From: an uncultured Verrucomicrobiae bacterium
GTDB lineage: Bacteria > Verrucomicrobiota > Verrucomicrobiia > Chthoniobacterales > JAFAMB01
Reading direction: 5' to 3'
Assembly (NCBI GenBank): GCA_963837955.1
Contig: CAWIPH010000002.1
Span: forward strand, 896,001-960,000
Length of the DNA stretch: 64,000 nt
Both the position numbers and the translations under genes were made by a program. Below are positions 48,499-59,474 of this stretch, piece by piece (position 1 is the stretch's first letter; each line of letters begins with the position of its first letter). The notes under the pieces were generated by a model. The model was not told the DNA's origin. It ran no database searches and was given only the letters and a program-made list of their open reading frames with translations.

Positions 48499-48639
48499 GG
48501 TGGCTCAGAACACTTGTAAGAAAAACTCGGAGATATTTGCAAAAGCTCGGTGGGCAATTTTTCACCTACTGGAAGTCCCAAGATTTGGATCAGGTAAGTC
48601 GATAGATCCCAATCGAGCCGGTCCTGGTCAGTGTATCAG

Positions 48640-48780
48640 AAATCCGTGTAATCTGTGAAATCTGCGGACCGTGCCCTATTAACGCAATCTGCGGTTCAAA
48701 TGTCGGGTTCTAGGCCAGATTATTCTTCCTACGATGACTGTTTCGCAAGAAACGGACAATCCGCAGATTTCGCGGATTAA
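48640..48780. repeat. Degenerate AATCYGYG repeat / inverted-repeat element
   Basis: aaatccgtgt aatctgtga aatctgcgga (48640-48668), aatctgcgg (48686) and inverted ccgcagatttcgcggatt (48761-48778). Confidence 0.55.
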
Positions 48781-48944
48781 TTTTGGCATATTGTACCGCA
48801 GGTTCTCAGTCGCCTTTCTTTTTTGGCTATCGCAAGGAGGAACAATGATCAGGTGATTAGAGTATTTACGGAGCGCCTCTTTCTCTCGACGAATTCTCTC
48901 AGCCGAATATGCTTTCAACGGGCTCAGCAAGAACTTCGCGGAAC

Positions 48945-49793
48945 ATGATTGTCTCGGAACAGCCTGTCAGTGAAGCGGCCATCGCCGATCATTACGATGA
49001 GCTGGATCCATTCTATCGCGATATATGGGGCCAACATGTTCATCACGGCCTGTGGCTGAAAGGCAACGAGACCTCTGAAGAGGCGGTCCGGAACCTCGTA
49101 GAACTGGTCGCTCAAAAAGCGGCTCTCCAGAGGGGGGAGCAGGTAATTGATATCGGCTGTGGTTATGGTGCGTCGGCGCGTCTGCTAGCGGAAAACTACA
49201 GCGCCGAAGTCACGGCCATCACGATGTCAGCCGTTCAACATGCTTTCGCTCAAGGTACTGCACCCGGGCCCGGGCTAAAATACATTTTGGGAAATTGGTA
49301 TTCTCTTGAGTTTGTACCAGACAGTTTCGATCTGGCGATCGCAATCGAGAGTGGTGAACACATGCCAGACAAAGTGGAATTTGCTCGGCGAGTCTACCGG
49401 GTCCTCCGGCCAGGCGGTCGCTTTGTCCTATGCGCGTGGCTCGCGGCGGATCGAATGCCTAAATGGCAAGAGCGCTCCCTGATGAAGCCGATCTGTTCCG
49501 AAGGCCGAATTCCTAACCTTGCGACCGCCCAAGAATACGTCGATGCAGCCACTCAGGTGGGATTTCGAGCCGCCGATTCGCAGGACTTGACCGACCGAGT
49601 AAAGCGGACCTGGTCGATCACTATTCGGCGCTTTGTTGGGCGGGCATTTCGAGATAAACGCTATCGCGCTTTCCTCCTCGACGGTAGCCTGAAGAATCGG
49701 ATTTTCGCGGTTGCTGTGGTGCGCATTTGGTTGGCTTATCAGATTGGGGCGATGCGATACCGAATCTTCCGATTCGACAAGCCGGAGAAATAG
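48945..49793 (+). CDS. SAM-dependent methyltransferase (tocopherol/sterol MT-like)
   Basis: HYD...WGQHVHHGLW, IDIGCGYG, IESGEHMPDK and RVLRPGG motifs. Confidence 0.9.
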   Translation: MIVSEQPVSEAAIADHYDELDPFYRDIWGQHVHHGLWLKGNETSEEAVRNLVELVAQKAALQRGEQVIDIGCGYGASARLLAENYSAEVTAITMSAVQHAFAQGTAPGPGLKYILGNWYSLEFVPDSFDLAIAIESGEHMPDKVEFARRVYRVLRPGGRFVLCAWLAADRMPKWQERSLMKPICSEGRIPNLATAQEYVDAATQVGFRAADSQDLTDRVKRTWSITIRRFVGRAFRDKRYRAFLLDGSLKNRIFAVAVVRIWLAYQIGAMRYRIFRFDKPEK

Positions 49794-49848
49794 TTTCATC
49801 CGGTTCACTGCCCCAACCTGCCGACGTGGCGTGAATTTTCCGCCGATT

Positions 49849-51738
49849 TTAACGCTCGGCTTTCGCCATCGTCTTTTGTTTGACCAATTGAAGCGAATGC
49901 TTTTGGTCGATTAGTTTGCGTTTCCCGTCCTGGCTCGGCGTGGATCCAGAGATAATCAAATCTCTAGCTTTCTCGGCGGTTAGCGAAGGGTCGGTGGCGA
50001 ACAATTTAGCGGCGAGGTTAGTTACTTGAGGAGCTGCCATCGAGGTCCCGGAAAACTTCACTTTCTTACCTCCGGGTATGAAGCTTTCCACGTGATACCC
50101 GCTGGCGTAGACCACGACCGTTTTACCGTAGCTGGTGAAGCTTGTCGCGTCCCCCGCTTGATTGGTCGCTCCGACCGTAATGAGGTTAGGAAGTTCTAAT
50201 GACGCCGGCACATCCTCCAGAAACCCAGCATCGCTGTCGGAATTTCCGGCGGCGGTAACAAAGAGCGTATCCGGCGCAGCTTTCATCGCTTCAATAATCG
50301 CCTCTTTCCAGATCGCGAAAAGCTCAAGCGCTTCTTGCTTTCGCTCGTCACCTGTTTGATTCCCCTTGGTTCGAGCGAGCCACTCCTCAAATTCCCGCGG
50401 TTCATCGCCCCAACTCAGGTTCACCACGCGTACTTTATGTTCCGCGCAGAATTGGCCGATCCGTTTGAAATTCGCTGCCATCCGATGCGCCCACTCAGTG
50501 GTTGGCGGGAAATGCAGTTCGCGGTTCAGCCCGTCGTTGAACCGAAAAACAACCAATTGCGCTGCCGGATTCCCTTTGATCGCGATGCCGGCAACGTGAG
50601 TGCCATGGGCCATATTGCCAAAGAAACCGAGTCGTTCGAACATCCTGTTGACCTCATCTTTCGACATCTGAGCAAGGCGTTTCTTGAAGGATTCTGTTAT
50701 CGGGGTTTCAATTCCCCCTTTCAGATCCGATAGCGCTTCCAGATTCTCCGACACCTCCGGGTATTGCTGTTTCTGTTCGGGGGTGAGCGGATAGAGAGCA
50801 GAATCGGAGGGATTGCCATCATCGGTAAACGCGAGTCCCTGGGCAGGGTAAGGCGCAGAATGGGCGTACCGATAGAGGTGTCCGGGGTAGAGAGCTGTAT
50901 CGACGCCTGAATCCCAGATGCCGACGAGAACTTTCTGTGCATGATCTTTGCTCGTGAGCGTGACCTCGCGCGCCGCCCAGATATCGGGCTTTTGCGTATC
51001 GTGGGCTGTGACGTAGGCCTTCAGCACATTCGCCCGGATAGAGTTGAGCGGGAGTTTGACCTGGAGGTTCGCCCGAGTGTTGAGGACCTCGTACATCGAT
51101 TCCCGCGAGAGAGTGCCGGATTTGTCGATTTCCGGCTGCAGATTGTCCTGGGCGTTGCCTAGCAGAAACGATTCAGAATATAAGCCGGAAATACTCCGAG
51201 CCGACTTGATCACATCCTGGACAACTTCCCAGGGAAGCGCATTGACTGCGTCTCGGTAGATCGATTCCACTTTCTGCTCGTACTCAGCGCCTTTCTTGGC
51301 GGCAACGTCTTGCTGCGCTTTTAAAAGTGCCTCATCGAATAACCCAACGGTCAGTTTCAAATCCGGCTTTGATTGGAGTGCGCGAAGCTTGGCGATGGTT
51401 TCCAGTCCACCGGCCGCGTCTCCCTTTAGTTCCTGTAGGGAGAGTTTCGCGGTCAGCATGGAAATGAGCGTGGCGTTATCCTGGATGTCGTAGTTGGAAA
51501 AGAGTTCGTCGAGGTCGGCCGTCGCCTTGCTGACGGCGGAGGCGAATACGGAATCGTCCGATTGGAGCAGGGTGCTGACGGATCCGGTCACCGGATAAGA
51601 AGTCCGGGGAAGGTCGGCCTGGCTATGCACTTCCTGTTTGGCTTGATCAGCGAACGCGGCACCAGCAAAAAATAATCCGGTAAGGCTGAGAAAGACGAGA
51701 GTGCGGTAAAAGGGGGGTTCCAGTTTCGAGTAAGGCAT
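49849..51738 (-). CDS. Secreted S8 (subtilisin-like) serine peptidase
   Basis: Signal peptide; triad [22 protein letters not shown]; oxyanion AAGN. Confidence 0.93.
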   Translation of the reverse strand: MPYSKLEPPFYRTLVFLSLTGLFFAGAAFADQAKQEVHSQADLPRTSYPVTGSVSTLLQSDDSVFASAVSKATADLDELFSNYDIQDNATLISMLTAKLSLQELKGDAAGGLETIAKLRALQSKPDLKLTVGLFDEALLKAQQDVAAKKGAEYEQKVESIYRDAVNALPWEVVQDVIKSARSISGLYSESFLLGNAQDNLQPEIDKSGTLSRESMYEVLNTRANLQVKLPLNSIRANVLKAYVTAHDTQKPDIWAAREVTLTSKDHAQKVLVGIWDSGVDTALYPGHLYRYAHSAPYPAQGLAFTDDGNPSDSALYPLTPEQKQQYPEVSENLEALSDLKGGIETPITESFKKRLAQMSKDEVNRMFERLGFFGNMAHGTHVAGIAIKGNPAAQLVVFRFNDGLNRELHFPPTTEWAHRMAANFKRIGQFCAEHKVRVVNLSWGDEPREFEEWLARTKGNQTGDERKQEALELFAIWKEAIIEAMKAAPDTLFVTAAGNSDSDAGFLEDVPASLELPNLITVGATNQAGDATSFTSYGKTVVVYASGYHVESFIPGGKKVKFSGTSMAAPQVTNLAAKLFATDPSLTAEKARDLIISGSTPSQDGKRKLIDQKHSLQLVKQKTMAKAER

Positions 51739-51911
51739 GCGGTTTTGTAAGCGAGGAAACGTCTGCTGAAAAGGTCGATTCGTCTGGGGCGGCCGGATTG
51801 CTTTGCCTAGAAAAACGAGAAAGATCGCGAAGGGTTAGACACCGAACAGACACCCAAGGTTTACCATACTTGTGGCTTTGCAACAGTGTCGTCTGTGGTG
51901 AAACTATTTCT

Positions 51912-52418
51912 GTGGATAGAATCGAAGTTTGCGAAGCCGATATTACCAAACTTGCGGTCGACGCCATTGTGAATGCGGCCAATGAATCATTACTTGGGGG
52001 CGGCGGGGTGGATGGAGCGATCCATCGCGCGGCCGGACGGGAGTTATTGGAGGAGTGCCGCACGTTAGGAGGATGTCCGACCGGCCAGGCAAAGATCACG
52101 AAAGGGCATAGATTGCCGGCCAAATTTGTTATCCACACGGTTGGACCGGTTTGGCGTGGCGGTTCCCGAAACGAGCCAGAACTCTTAGCGAACTGTTACC
52201 GCAATTCGTTAGCACTGGCGACGACGCACTCGGTAAAGACCCTCGCCTTCCCGGCAATCAGCTGCGGCATTTACGGTTATCCCATTGATCAGGCGGTGCG
52301 GATCGCCGTTCGCGAAACCGCTGCGTATCTCGAACAAAATTCAGTTCCCGAAAAGATAATTTTCGCCTGTTTTGGTAAGGAAATTTTCGATGCGTACATC
52401 AAAGAGCTGAGGGATTGA
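51912..52418 (+). CDS. Macrodomain protein (O-acetyl-ADP-ribose deacetylase-like)
   Basis: [31 protein letters not shown] and [13 protein letters not shown] motifs; GTG start estimated. Confidence 0.93.
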   Translation: MDRIEVCEADITKLAVDAIVNAANESLLGGGGVDGAIHRAAGRELLEECRTLGGCPTGQAKITKGHRLPAKFVIHTVGPVWRGGSRNEPELLANCYRNSLALATTHSVKTLAFPAISCGIYGYPIDQAVRIAVRETAAYLEQNSVPEKIIFACFGKEIFDAYIKELRD

Positions 52419-52557
52419 AACGGAATACGGAATGCCCAAACTGGGAGTCAAGAGTTCTAAGAGCAAACCGTAACAGCGTCGGTCCTGTTACCTGGCGGAT
52501 CTCAATGACCGCAACGCCAGCGCAATCCGTTTGCCGCCGCACAGGGTCCAGTCGCTG

Positions 52558-52956
52558 CTACCGGTCTTGCGCTTTCGCGTGTCTCTCAAGTTCGGGCAAG
52601 CTGACATATTCAAGTGCGCCGGCATACGTTGCTTCCAGGAACACCGGAGGCGCACAATCAGCCTCGAGGGCTTCGAGCCAGCGCTCCACGCACAGGCACC
52701 AGCGGTCACCAGGCTTGAGTCCAGGGAAATCGTATTCCGGTCGCGCGCTGGTGAGATCATTTCCACGGTCGGCGGAGAATTCGAGAAATTCTGCAGTCAT
52801 CTCAGCGCAAACAAAATGATGACCGGTATCGGTTCCATCGGTTCGGCAGAAACCGTCGCGGAAATACCCTGTTACTGGACGCGCGCAGCAACACTCCAAC
52901 TCGGTGCCGAGTACATTCCGTCCGAAGCGATCTTGGTCTGTCCCGTCGGTAGCCAT
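52558..52956 (-). CDS. DUF2237-family protein
   Basis: NVLG..LE.C, TGYFRDGFC, GNDL and FPGLKPGDRWCLC motifs. Confidence 0.9.
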   Translation of the reverse strand: MATDGTDQDRFGRNVLGTELECCCARPVTGYFRDGFCRTDGTDTGHHFVCAEMTAEFLEFSADRGNDLTSARPEYDFPGLKPGDRWCLCVERWLEALEADCAPPVFLEATYAGALEYVSLPELERHAKAQDR

Positions 52957-53004
52957 GCGAGTGAATAAAGAACGCGGAAAGGGGGGTGCGCCTTTGCAAA
53001 TCAA

Positions 53005-53079
53005 TCGGGCTGGTGGGATTCGAACCCACGGCCTCCACGTCCCGAACGTGGCGCTCTAGCCAAGCTGAGCCACAGCCCG
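53005..53079 (-). tRNA. tRNA-Pro (CGG), CCA not encoded
   Basis: Reverse complement is CGGGCTGTGGCTCAGCTTGGCTAGAGCGCCACGTTCGGGACGTGGAGGCCGTGGGTTCGAATCCCACCAGCCCGA; cloverleaf folds. Confidence 0.97.
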
Positions 53080-53136
53080 TCGAAAAGACTGGGAGATTAG
53101 ATCCACACCAGGGAGCGGTCAACCGTTTTCGGGAGA

Positions 53137-53400
53137 ACGCCGAAGGCGCGCTTCAAGAAAGCCTAGGGCGAAGCCCTAGGAATCGGCCCCAGGTGGTCAC
53201 GCACTGAAGGTGTGTTTCAATCTAGCGACTCCCGATGCTTGTTTGAAAAGATTAGATGAACCAAAATATTTGCCAGCGATGGCATTCCAAAATCACAACA
53301 ACATATATAAAAGTTTTCGTCGCGCGCTTTCAGCGCTGATGGCCTTTTTCTGGTTCCTAGGGCTTCGCCCTTGGCTTTCTTGAGTCGCGGCTTCGCCGCT
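53137..53400 (-). mobile_element. Remnant IS200/RAYT-type element: 22-codon tnpA stub (53217-53285) between inverted palindromic repeats
   Basis: MPSLANILVHLIFSNKHR resembles the Y1 transposase N-terminus (H.IFSTK.R); flanked by inverted TCAAGAAAGCC(T/A)AGGGCGAAGCCCTAGGAA copies. Confidence 0.7.
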
Positions 53401-53478
53401 CGGCGTTCTCCGACTTCGCTCCGTCGTTTGAAACTCCGGAAGGCTTCGTCGGACGAGCCGGCGTTCCGCCCCCGCCCT

Positions 53479-54735
53479 TCACTTCCGCTTCTCCTTGAAG
53501 TAAGCCTCAATCCCTTCCACCACTCCATCGGCGTATTCTTCATAGATGTTCTTGCGCATAACGCCGCCGAATTCGCGTAGCCCGGTGTATTCGCCGGCTT
53601 GAAACCGGTCAAAAAATTCATGGCTGTTCATGACGTAACATTCAACGAAGGCCACCGGGCATTGGTAAAGCCGATTGGCCAAAAGGTCGCGTGCCCAGAC
53701 GTATCCAGTTTTGCCGATGGAGTGTGCGTTATCAGTATTGTAATGAAAGGGCGGCAATCGAGTGACCGGAGCCATGTATTCCGCAAGGCATTCGGCGAGC
53801 CCCTTTTCTTGGATGAAGCTGCCGTTCAAAAGCTTGATCAGCATCGAGAAGCGAACGTCATCGTAGGCTAGTTCTGTGGCGCTGTACCCGCCGTTGACGA
53901 TGAAATGAAGATGATTGGTATCGACCAGCGTCGGATGCGTTGGATTGCCCCAAGGCTCGGCGTTGAAATGCAAGCATAGGGTCAGATCCGGTTGCAGGAT
54001 CGTATTGATGGCCGTGGCCCTGTCATGAATCTCCGCCACCCGGTAGAAAAGCTTTTCTGCCTCCCATTGGATCGAGTGCTCGCGCCATGGATCAAATGGA
54101 CCGGTGTAGCTGCGCGAAATTGGGTTCACTCCTCGGGTGATAAGGTTTAGGAGCGCTAACGCCTGGAGGGTTTCGGGGGCAAGATTGGTCACCGGTCCGG
54201 GATGAGAACGGACCCAAAGCACCTGGGCCCCAAGAGCCTCGAGCCTAGGCGCGATGAGTTGGGCGGTACGTAAGGTCAGATCCCCTTCGGTCACGGGCTT
54301 GGAATCATCGATCTGAAACCAACGTTCTTCCATTTTGGCCCAGGCGCCGCCGAGATGGCCGGGATCGAGGGCAACTTTCAGTCCAGAAAGTGGATGTTTC
54401 GGGTCACTGGGTAGTTGGTCGGCCGGATGCCAGTAGCGTGGCGCAGTGTAGCTCGTGGAATCGCCCGAAAAATTGAGGGTGAACCAATTTCCGTTGCCTT
54501 CCGCGATGCGGACTTGACCCGGTTCGATTGCGAACCACGGCGTCACATCCACACCAGGTGCATAAACGTCCCCGAGTAATCGCGTGAATTCGTTGTGTGT
54601 GATTGTTTGCTGAAATGCGTCCAAGCGTTTCCAGTCCGGGGCGGAAGAAAGCGGAGTCAATTGCCCTGCGAGCGCCGATAAAATAGAGGACCAAAAAATT
54701 GTCCAATAGACAAGGAACGGGAGTATGCGCGGCAT
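53479..54735 (-). CDS. N-acetylmuramoyl-L-alanine amidase-like (Amidase_3) secreted protein
   Basis: Signal peptide; VALDPGH, E, LCLHFNA and FVEC Zn/catalytic pattern. Confidence 0.75.
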   Translation of the reverse strand: MPRILPFLVYWTIFWSSILSALAGQLTPLSSAPDWKRLDAFQQTITHNEFTRLLGDVYAPGVDVTPWFAIEPGQVRIAEGNGNWFTLNFSGDSTSYTAPRYWHPADQLPSDPKHPLSGLKVALDPGHLGGAWAKMEERWFQIDDSKPVTEGDLTLRTAQLIAPRLEALGAQVLWVRSHPGPVTNLAPETLQALALLNLITRGVNPISRSYTGPFDPWREHSIQWEAEKLFYRVAEIHDRATAINTILQPDLTLCLHFNAEPWGNPTHPTLVDTNHLHFIVNGGYSATELAYDDVRFSMLIKLLNGSFIQEKGLAECLAEYMAPVTRLPPFHYNTDNAHSIGKTGYVWARDLLANRLYQCPVAFVECYVMNSHEFFDRFQAGEYTGLREFGGVMRKNIYEEYADGVVEGIEAYFKEKRK

Positions 54736-54797
54736 GGCTCAGTTGCTTCGGCTTCTTTACGTTCTAATATAGGCAAGTGTAAAGAGGGGCAGGTGGC

Positions 54798-55643
54798 ATG
54801 TTTCGACTTCTTTTTCTCGGCGATATTATTGGGGAACCCGGACGCAAAGCGGTCATCGACATGGTGCCGAGGTTGAAGCAGGAATGGGGTGTCGATTTTG
54901 TTGTAGCGAACGGTGAGAATGCAGCGGCTGGTCGCGGGATCACACCCAAGTTAACGATCGATCTCTTGCGGGCTGGAATTGCGGTGATCACGACTGGAGA
55001 CCATGTCTGGGATCAAAAAGAGCTGGCAGGATTCATTGATACTGAACCCCGTTTGCTACGGCCGATTAACTATCCGGACGGAACGCCGGGTAACGGGTCG
55101 ATCGTTTTGGAAACGGCGAAAGCCAAAGTCGGAGTCATTAATGTTCAGGGCCGGACTTTCATGCTGCCGGCGCTGGAAAATCCATTCCTAAGGCTTGAAC
55201 AGCTGGTCGCAAAGATGCGGGAAGAGACCCACGTCATATTTGTAGATGTGCACGCGGAAACCACCAGCGAAAAGATAGCGGTTGGACGGTTCTTGGACGG
55301 CAAGGTGTCGGCCGTAGCCGGTACTCACACGCACGTGCAAACTGCTGACGAGCAGATTTTTCCGGGTGGGACTGCGTTTATTTGTGATGCGGGTATGTGC
55401 GGTCCAACCGAGTCTATCCTGGGACGGGAGATTGAGCCCATCGTTCAGCGGTTTCTCACCAGTATGCCGGTGAACTTTCCAGTTGCTCGCGGTGAGGTGA
55501 AATTGCATGGGCTCCTGGTCGACATTGACGAAGCCAGCGGCAGGGCGCTTGCTGTGACGCGGGTAGCCGAAGTCTATCGTCAGACCCAGGCAGAAACCGA
55601 TGCGATGCCTGCCCGGCACCCGGAAGCATCCTTGGCAAAGTAG
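54798..55643 (+). CDS. YmdB-like metallophosphoesterase (TIGR00282)
   Basis: LFLGDIIG, NGEN, DVHAETTSEK, GTHTHVQTAD and DAGMCG motifs. Confidence 0.93.
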   Translation: MFRLLFLGDIIGEPGRKAVIDMVPRLKQEWGVDFVVANGENAAAGRGITPKLTIDLLRAGIAVITTGDHVWDQKELAGFIDTEPRLLRPINYPDGTPGNGSIVLETAKAKVGVINVQGRTFMLPALENPFLRLEQLVAKMREETHVIFVDVHAETTSEKIAVGRFLDGKVSAVAGTHTHVQTADEQIFPGGTAFICDAGMCGPTESILGREIEPIVQRFLTSMPVNFPVARGEVKLHGLLVDIDEASGRALAVTRVAEVYRQTQAETDAMPARHPEASLAK

Positions 55644-55731
55644 GCGTTAATAATCCAAGTGCCTTGGTTCGAAGTTGTTCCTAGCCGTTTTCCCATGGAA
55701 ATGAACGCAGTTAGCGCCGCCAAGAATCCTG

Positions 55732-55759
55732 TTGACGCTAATGCACTCTTTGTTAAGTT
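55732..55759 (+). promoter_or_regulatory. Putative sigma70 promoter for tRNA-Thr/tuf
   Basis: TTGACG-N16-TAAGTT with a TG extension. Confidence 0.4.
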
Positions 55760-55905
55760 TCCGGCTCGCTTGACGGACCTTGAGTAGCAACCAACCGGAC
55801 CAAAATGGGGCCAGTGACTAGTAGTCGGCCAGGTTTTTGCCCTCAAATTCCGGAGAGGATTGCCGGCTCGCGAGATTAGTGAAAACCGGTCGACCGACAA
55901 CAGAT

Positions 55906-55981
<76 letters not shown>

Positions 55982-56052
55982 TGTCCTGACCAGACAAGTA
56001 TTTAGCAGTTAGACAATTTAAAGAAAGTAGCAGCAAGAGAAGGAGACCTTAA

Positions 56053-57237
56053 ATGGCGAAGGATAAATTCGAAAGATCCAAACCGCACGTGAACATCGGC
56101 ACCATTGGTCACGTTGACCATGGCAAGACGACGCTTACTGCCGCGATCACGACGGTGCTGGCTGAGAAGGGCATGGCACAAGCAACGCGGTACGATCAGA
56201 TTGATAACGCTCCCGAAGAAAAGGAGCGTGGTATTACGATCAACACTGCGCACGTCGAATACTCGACCGTTAACCGTCACTATGCGCATGTGGATTGTCC
56301 GGGCCATGCCGATTACGTGAAGAATATGATCACCGGTGCGGCGCAGATGGACGGTGCCATTCTCGTGGTCTCGGCCGCGGATGGTCCGATGCCGCAGACC
56401 CGCGAACATATTCTTCTGGCGCGCCAGGTCGGTGTGCCGTCGATCGTCGTCTTCTTGAACAAATGTGACATGGTCGATGATCCGGAACTGCTTGATCTCG
56501 TCGAAATGGAAGTGCGCGATCTGCTATCTCAATATGAATTCCCGGGTGACACCATTCCGATCGTTAAAGGCAGCGCTTTGAAGGCACTCGAGGGTGATCC
56601 GAAATACAAGGAAAACATCTTCCAGTTGATGGCTGCGGTCGATGAATACATTCCGCTACCGGAGCGGCCCATCGATCAGCCCTTCCTGATGCCGATCGAA
56701 GATGTATTCAATATTGAAGGTCGAGGCACGGTGGTCACTGGACGAGTCGAGCGCGGAATCCTCAAGAAAATGGAGGAAGTGGAAATCGTCGGAATTCGAC
56801 CGACCGTGAAGACTACCGTTACCGATATTGAAATGTTCCGGAAGCTTTTAGACGAAGCACGAGCCGGGGACAATGTCGGGGTCCTTTTGCGAGGCGTAAA
56901 GAAAGAGGATGTAGAGCGCGGACAGGTGGTGGCTAAGCCGGGATCCATTAAGCCGCACAAGAAATTCAAAGCGGAAGTCTACGTATTGAGTAAGGAGGAA
57001 GGCGGCCGTCACACTCCGTTCTTCTCGAATTACCGTCCGCAGTTCTATTTCCGAACCACTGACGTTACTGGGACGGTCAAACTTCCTGAAGGTGTCGAGA
57101 TGGTAATGCCGGGCGATAACGTCTCCATTGAGGTGGAGTTGATTACCCCAATTGCGATGGAAAAGACGATCCGTTTCGCAATCCGCGAAGGTGGGCGTAC
57201 GGTGGGTGCCGGGCGCGTCGGCGACATTCTTGACTAA
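56053..57237 (+). CDS. tuf: Elongation factor Tu
   Basis: [18 protein letters not shown] and NKCD motifs; 394 aa. Confidence 0.99.
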   Translation: MAKDKFERSKPHVNIGTIGHVDHGKTTLTAAITTVLAEKGMAQATRYDQIDNAPEEKERGITINTAHVEYSTVNRHYAHVDCPGHADYVKNMITGAAQMDGAILVVSAADGPMPQTREHILLARQVGVPSIVVFLNKCDMVDDPELLDLVEMEVRDLLSQYEFPGDTIPIVKGSALKALEGDPKYKENIFQLMAAVDEYIPLPERPIDQPFLMPIEDVFNIEGRGTVVTGRVERGILKKMEEVEIVGIRPTVKTTVTDIEMFRKLLDEARAGDNVGVLLRGVKKEDVERGQVVAKPGSIKPHKKFKAEVYVLSKEEGGRHTPFFSNYRPQFYFRTTDVTGTVKLPEGVEMVMPGDNVSIEVELITPIAMEKTIRFAIREGGRTVGAGRVGDILD

Positions 57238-57276
57238 GAGGGCGTTGTCGAGGAACAATAGACGAATTATTTGAGC

Positions 57277-57308
57277 GGGTCCCGCCTAGGCGGGACCCCT
57301 TTCTTTCT
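57277..57308 (+). terminator. Intrinsic terminator-like hairpin after tuf
   Basis: GGGTCCCGCC-TA-GGCGGGACCC followed by CTTTCTTTCT. Confidence 0.7.
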
Positions 57309-57322
57309 AAACCGTGAACAAT

Positions 57323-57395
57323 AGGTCAGTAGCTCAATTGGTAGAGCAGCGGTCTCCAAAACCGCCGGTTGGGGGTTCGAGTCCCTCCTGACCTG
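57323..57395 (+). tRNA. tRNA-Trp (CCA)
   Basis: AGGTCAGTAGCTCAATTGGTAGAGCA GCGGT CT CCA AA ACCGC ... GGTTCGAGTCC ... CTGACCTG. Confidence 0.97.
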
Positions 57396-57410
57396 TTTCC
57401 TCGTACCCAG

Positions 57411-57632
57411 ATGTTTGGATTTTTTCGCTATATCTTTCGCTTCATTGCCGAATCCCGGGCGGAACTGGCAAAAGCGAGTTGGCCGTGGGATCCCAAAGAG
57501 AAAGGCATCAAGCGGTATCGGGAATTGATCGATTCGACCACTGTGGTGCTGATCGCGATGGTGATCTTGAGCGGTTATATCACTTTTTGGGATTTTGTGT
57601 TGGTTAACATCGTAGGTTGGTTGGTGCCATAA
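57411..57632 (+). CDS. secE: Preprotein translocase subunit SecE
   Basis: ESRAELAKASWP motif plus a single TM segment; located between tRNA-Trp and nusG. Confidence 0.92.
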   Translation: MFGFFRYIFRFIAESRAELAKASWPWDPKEKGIKRYRELIDSTTVVLIAMVILSGYITFWDFVLVNIVGWLVP

Positions 57633-57648
57633 GCGAGGTAGTGACGTT

Positions 57649-58212
57649 ATGAGTGAACCGGATAAGGATCAGTGGTTTGTCGTGCACGTGCTGTCCGGGC
57701 AGGAACAGAAGGTGTACGACAACTTGACGCGCCGGATCAAAACCGAGGAGATGGGTGACTTGGTTTACGAAGTTTTGATTCCAACCGAGCGAGTATCCGA
57801 AATAAAACGAGGAAAACGTACGGAGACCACCCGCAAGTTTTTTCCAGGATACTTAATTGTGAATATGTACCTGCTGGATAAGCAGAACCAGCTAGTCGAC
57901 CGGACTTGGTACTTTATCCGCGAAACCCCGGGAGTGTTAGGCTTTGCTGGAACAAAGGATAAGCCTGTGCCGATGCGACCCCAGGAAGTGGAAAGCATGT
58001 TGGCCCAGATTCGGGAACGGGAAGACAAGGTCAAACCAAAGGTCAGTTTTGAAGTCGGCGAGACGGTCAAGGTTGCCGATGGACCGTTCCAAAATCAAAG
58101 CGGGGTCGTGGAAGAAATTGACCCGGACCGCGGCAAGTTGCGCGTCTCGGTCAGTATTTTCGGACGTTCTACTCCGGTCGAACTGGAGTATTGGCAGGTA
58201 GAAAGAAGCTAA
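57649..58212 (+). CDS. nusG: Transcription termination/antitermination factor NusG
   Basis: WFVVHVLSGQE, FFPGY, KOW DGPF and VSIFGRSTPVEL motifs. Confidence 0.98.
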   Translation: MSEPDKDQWFVVHVLSGQEQKVYDNLTRRIKTEEMGDLVYEVLIPTERVSEIKRGKRTETTRKFFPGYLIVNMYLLDKQNQLVDRTWYFIRETPGVLGFAGTKDKPVPMRPQEVESMLAQIREREDKVKPKVSFEVGETVKVADGPFQNQSGVVEEIDPDRGKLRVSVSIFGRSTPVELEYWQVERS

Positions 58213-58250
58213 ACTGGACTACTGCTTTAACGGCGGTTCAACGATAAGAT

Positions 58251-58676
58251 ATGGCAAAAGAAGTTGTTGCAACGATCAAGCTGCAGATACCGGCTGGTCA
58301 GGCTAACCCGGCGCCGCCGGTCGGCCCTGCACTCGGTCAGAATGGCGTGAACATCATGGCCTTCTGCAAGGAGTTTAACGCCGCTACCCAAAAGCAGGCC
58401 GGCGATATCCTGCCGGTAGTAATCACGGTGTATAAGGATAAGACCTTCACCTTCATCACCAAAGCGCCGCCCGCGGCTATCCTTTTGAAGAAAGCGGCGA
58501 ATATCGCCGCCGGTTCGAAGGAGCCGAACAAAATAAAAGTCGGGAAGCTGACCAAGAAAGAGGTCATGGATATTGTGAAGGTGAAAATGAAGGACATGAA
58601 CGCGAACTCCGAAGAAGCGGCCTATCGCACGCTGGTCGGTACAGCGCGCCAAATGGGGATCGACGTCATAGAATAA
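58251..58676 (+). CDS. rplK: 50S ribosomal protein L11
   Basis: [13 protein letters not shown] and FCKEFNA motifs. Confidence 0.99.
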   Translation: MAKEVVATIKLQIPAGQANPAPPVGPALGQNGVNIMAFCKEFNAATQKQAGDILPVVITVYKDKTFTFITKAPPAAILLKKAANIAAGSKEPNKIKVGKLTKKEVMDIVKVKMKDMNANSEEAAYRTLVGTARQMGIDVIE

Positions 58677-58712
58677 CCGATTCGGACGCGCGGGAGCGCT
58701 TCCTTAACCAAC

Positions 58713-58748
58713 GCAGGAGGTTTCGCCTAGGGAAACCGCCAGCACTGC
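58713..58748 (+). promoter_or_regulatory. Putative L1-binding translational operator
   Basis: GCAG-GAG-GTTTC...GAAACC-GCCAGCA-CTGC stem with a GGAG internal loop immediately before rplA. Confidence 0.6.
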
Positions 58749-58753
58749 AAAAA

Positions 58754-59458
58754 ATGAAAGCAACTCATCGTAGTAAACGGTATCGAGCCTGTCTTGAATT
58801 GATTCATTCAGACAAGGCCTACTCACTTCCGGACGCAGTTGAGACACTCAAAAAACTGCCTCCGACTAAATTTGATCAAACGATTACCCTCTCTTTTAAG
58901 CTGGGGGTAGATCCGAAACAGTCCGACCAGATGGTCCGTGGTACCTGTCCATTGCCGCACGGCAGCGGGAAACAGGTGCGAGTTCTCGTCTTTGCTCAGG
59001 GTCAAGCAGCGGAAGCTGCCAAAGAAGCGGGTGCTGAATACGTCGGATATGAGGATTTGATTAAGAAATGCCAGGCAGGCTTCCAGGATTTTGACGTCGC
59101 TATCGCGACTCCGGCGGCGATGGCCGAGGTGCGCAAGTTGGGGAAAGTGCTCGGGCCGCGTGGCCTTATGCCGAATCCGAAGACTGGCACCGTTACCGAT
59201 GACACCGCCAAAGCGGTGAAGGAAGTGAAGGCAGGCCGGGTTGAATTTAAACTCGATAAGAACGGCAATGTAGCAGTCCCGGTGGGCAAGTTCTCCTTTG
59301 CGCCGCAAGCTCTGGTCGAGAATGGCACGGCGGTGATTGATGCGGTTGTGAGAGCTCGACCCCCGTCTGCCAAGGGCAAGTTTGTTCACACCATAACGGT
59401 CAGCGCAACCATGACTCCGGGTCTACCAGTCGATCCGTCGGTCTACCTGAAATCCTGA
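58754..59458 (+). CDS. rplA: 50S ribosomal protein L1
   Basis: [16 protein letters not shown] and LPHGSGK motifs. Confidence 0.99.
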   Translation: MKATHRSKRYRACLELIHSDKAYSLPDAVETLKKLPPTKFDQTITLSFKLGVDPKQSDQMVRGTCPLPHGSGKQVRVLVFAQGQAAEAAKEAGAEYVGYEDLIKKCQAGFQDFDVAIATPAAMAEVRKLGKVLGPRGLMPNPKTGTVTDDTAKAVKEVKAGRVEFKLDKNGNVAVPVGKFSFAPQALVENGTAVIDAVVRARPPSAKGKFVHTITVSATMTPGLPVDPSVYLKS

Positions 59459-59474
59459 AATAGAGGAGGAAACC

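Noticed and set aside
44700..48900. Integron cassette array (TA system, DUF1643, small ORFs)
   Set aside because: No intI gene and no RYYYAAC...GTTRRRY attC structures recognised; genes are on mixed strands.
52470..52492. GGTCCTGTTACC as a fourth copy of the GGTCCTGGT motif
   Set aside because: It has one mismatch and is explained as the arm of a GTAACAG/CTGTTAC hairpin between convergent genes.
52960..53079. tRNA-Pro as integration site of an island covering the left part of the window
   Set aside because: I saw no duplicate of the tRNA 3' end and no integrase; the adjacent genes look like ordinary chromosomal genes.
57238..57322. Absence of rpmG between tuf and tRNA-Trp/secE
   Set aside because: Common lineage-level gene-order variation; not unusual by itself.
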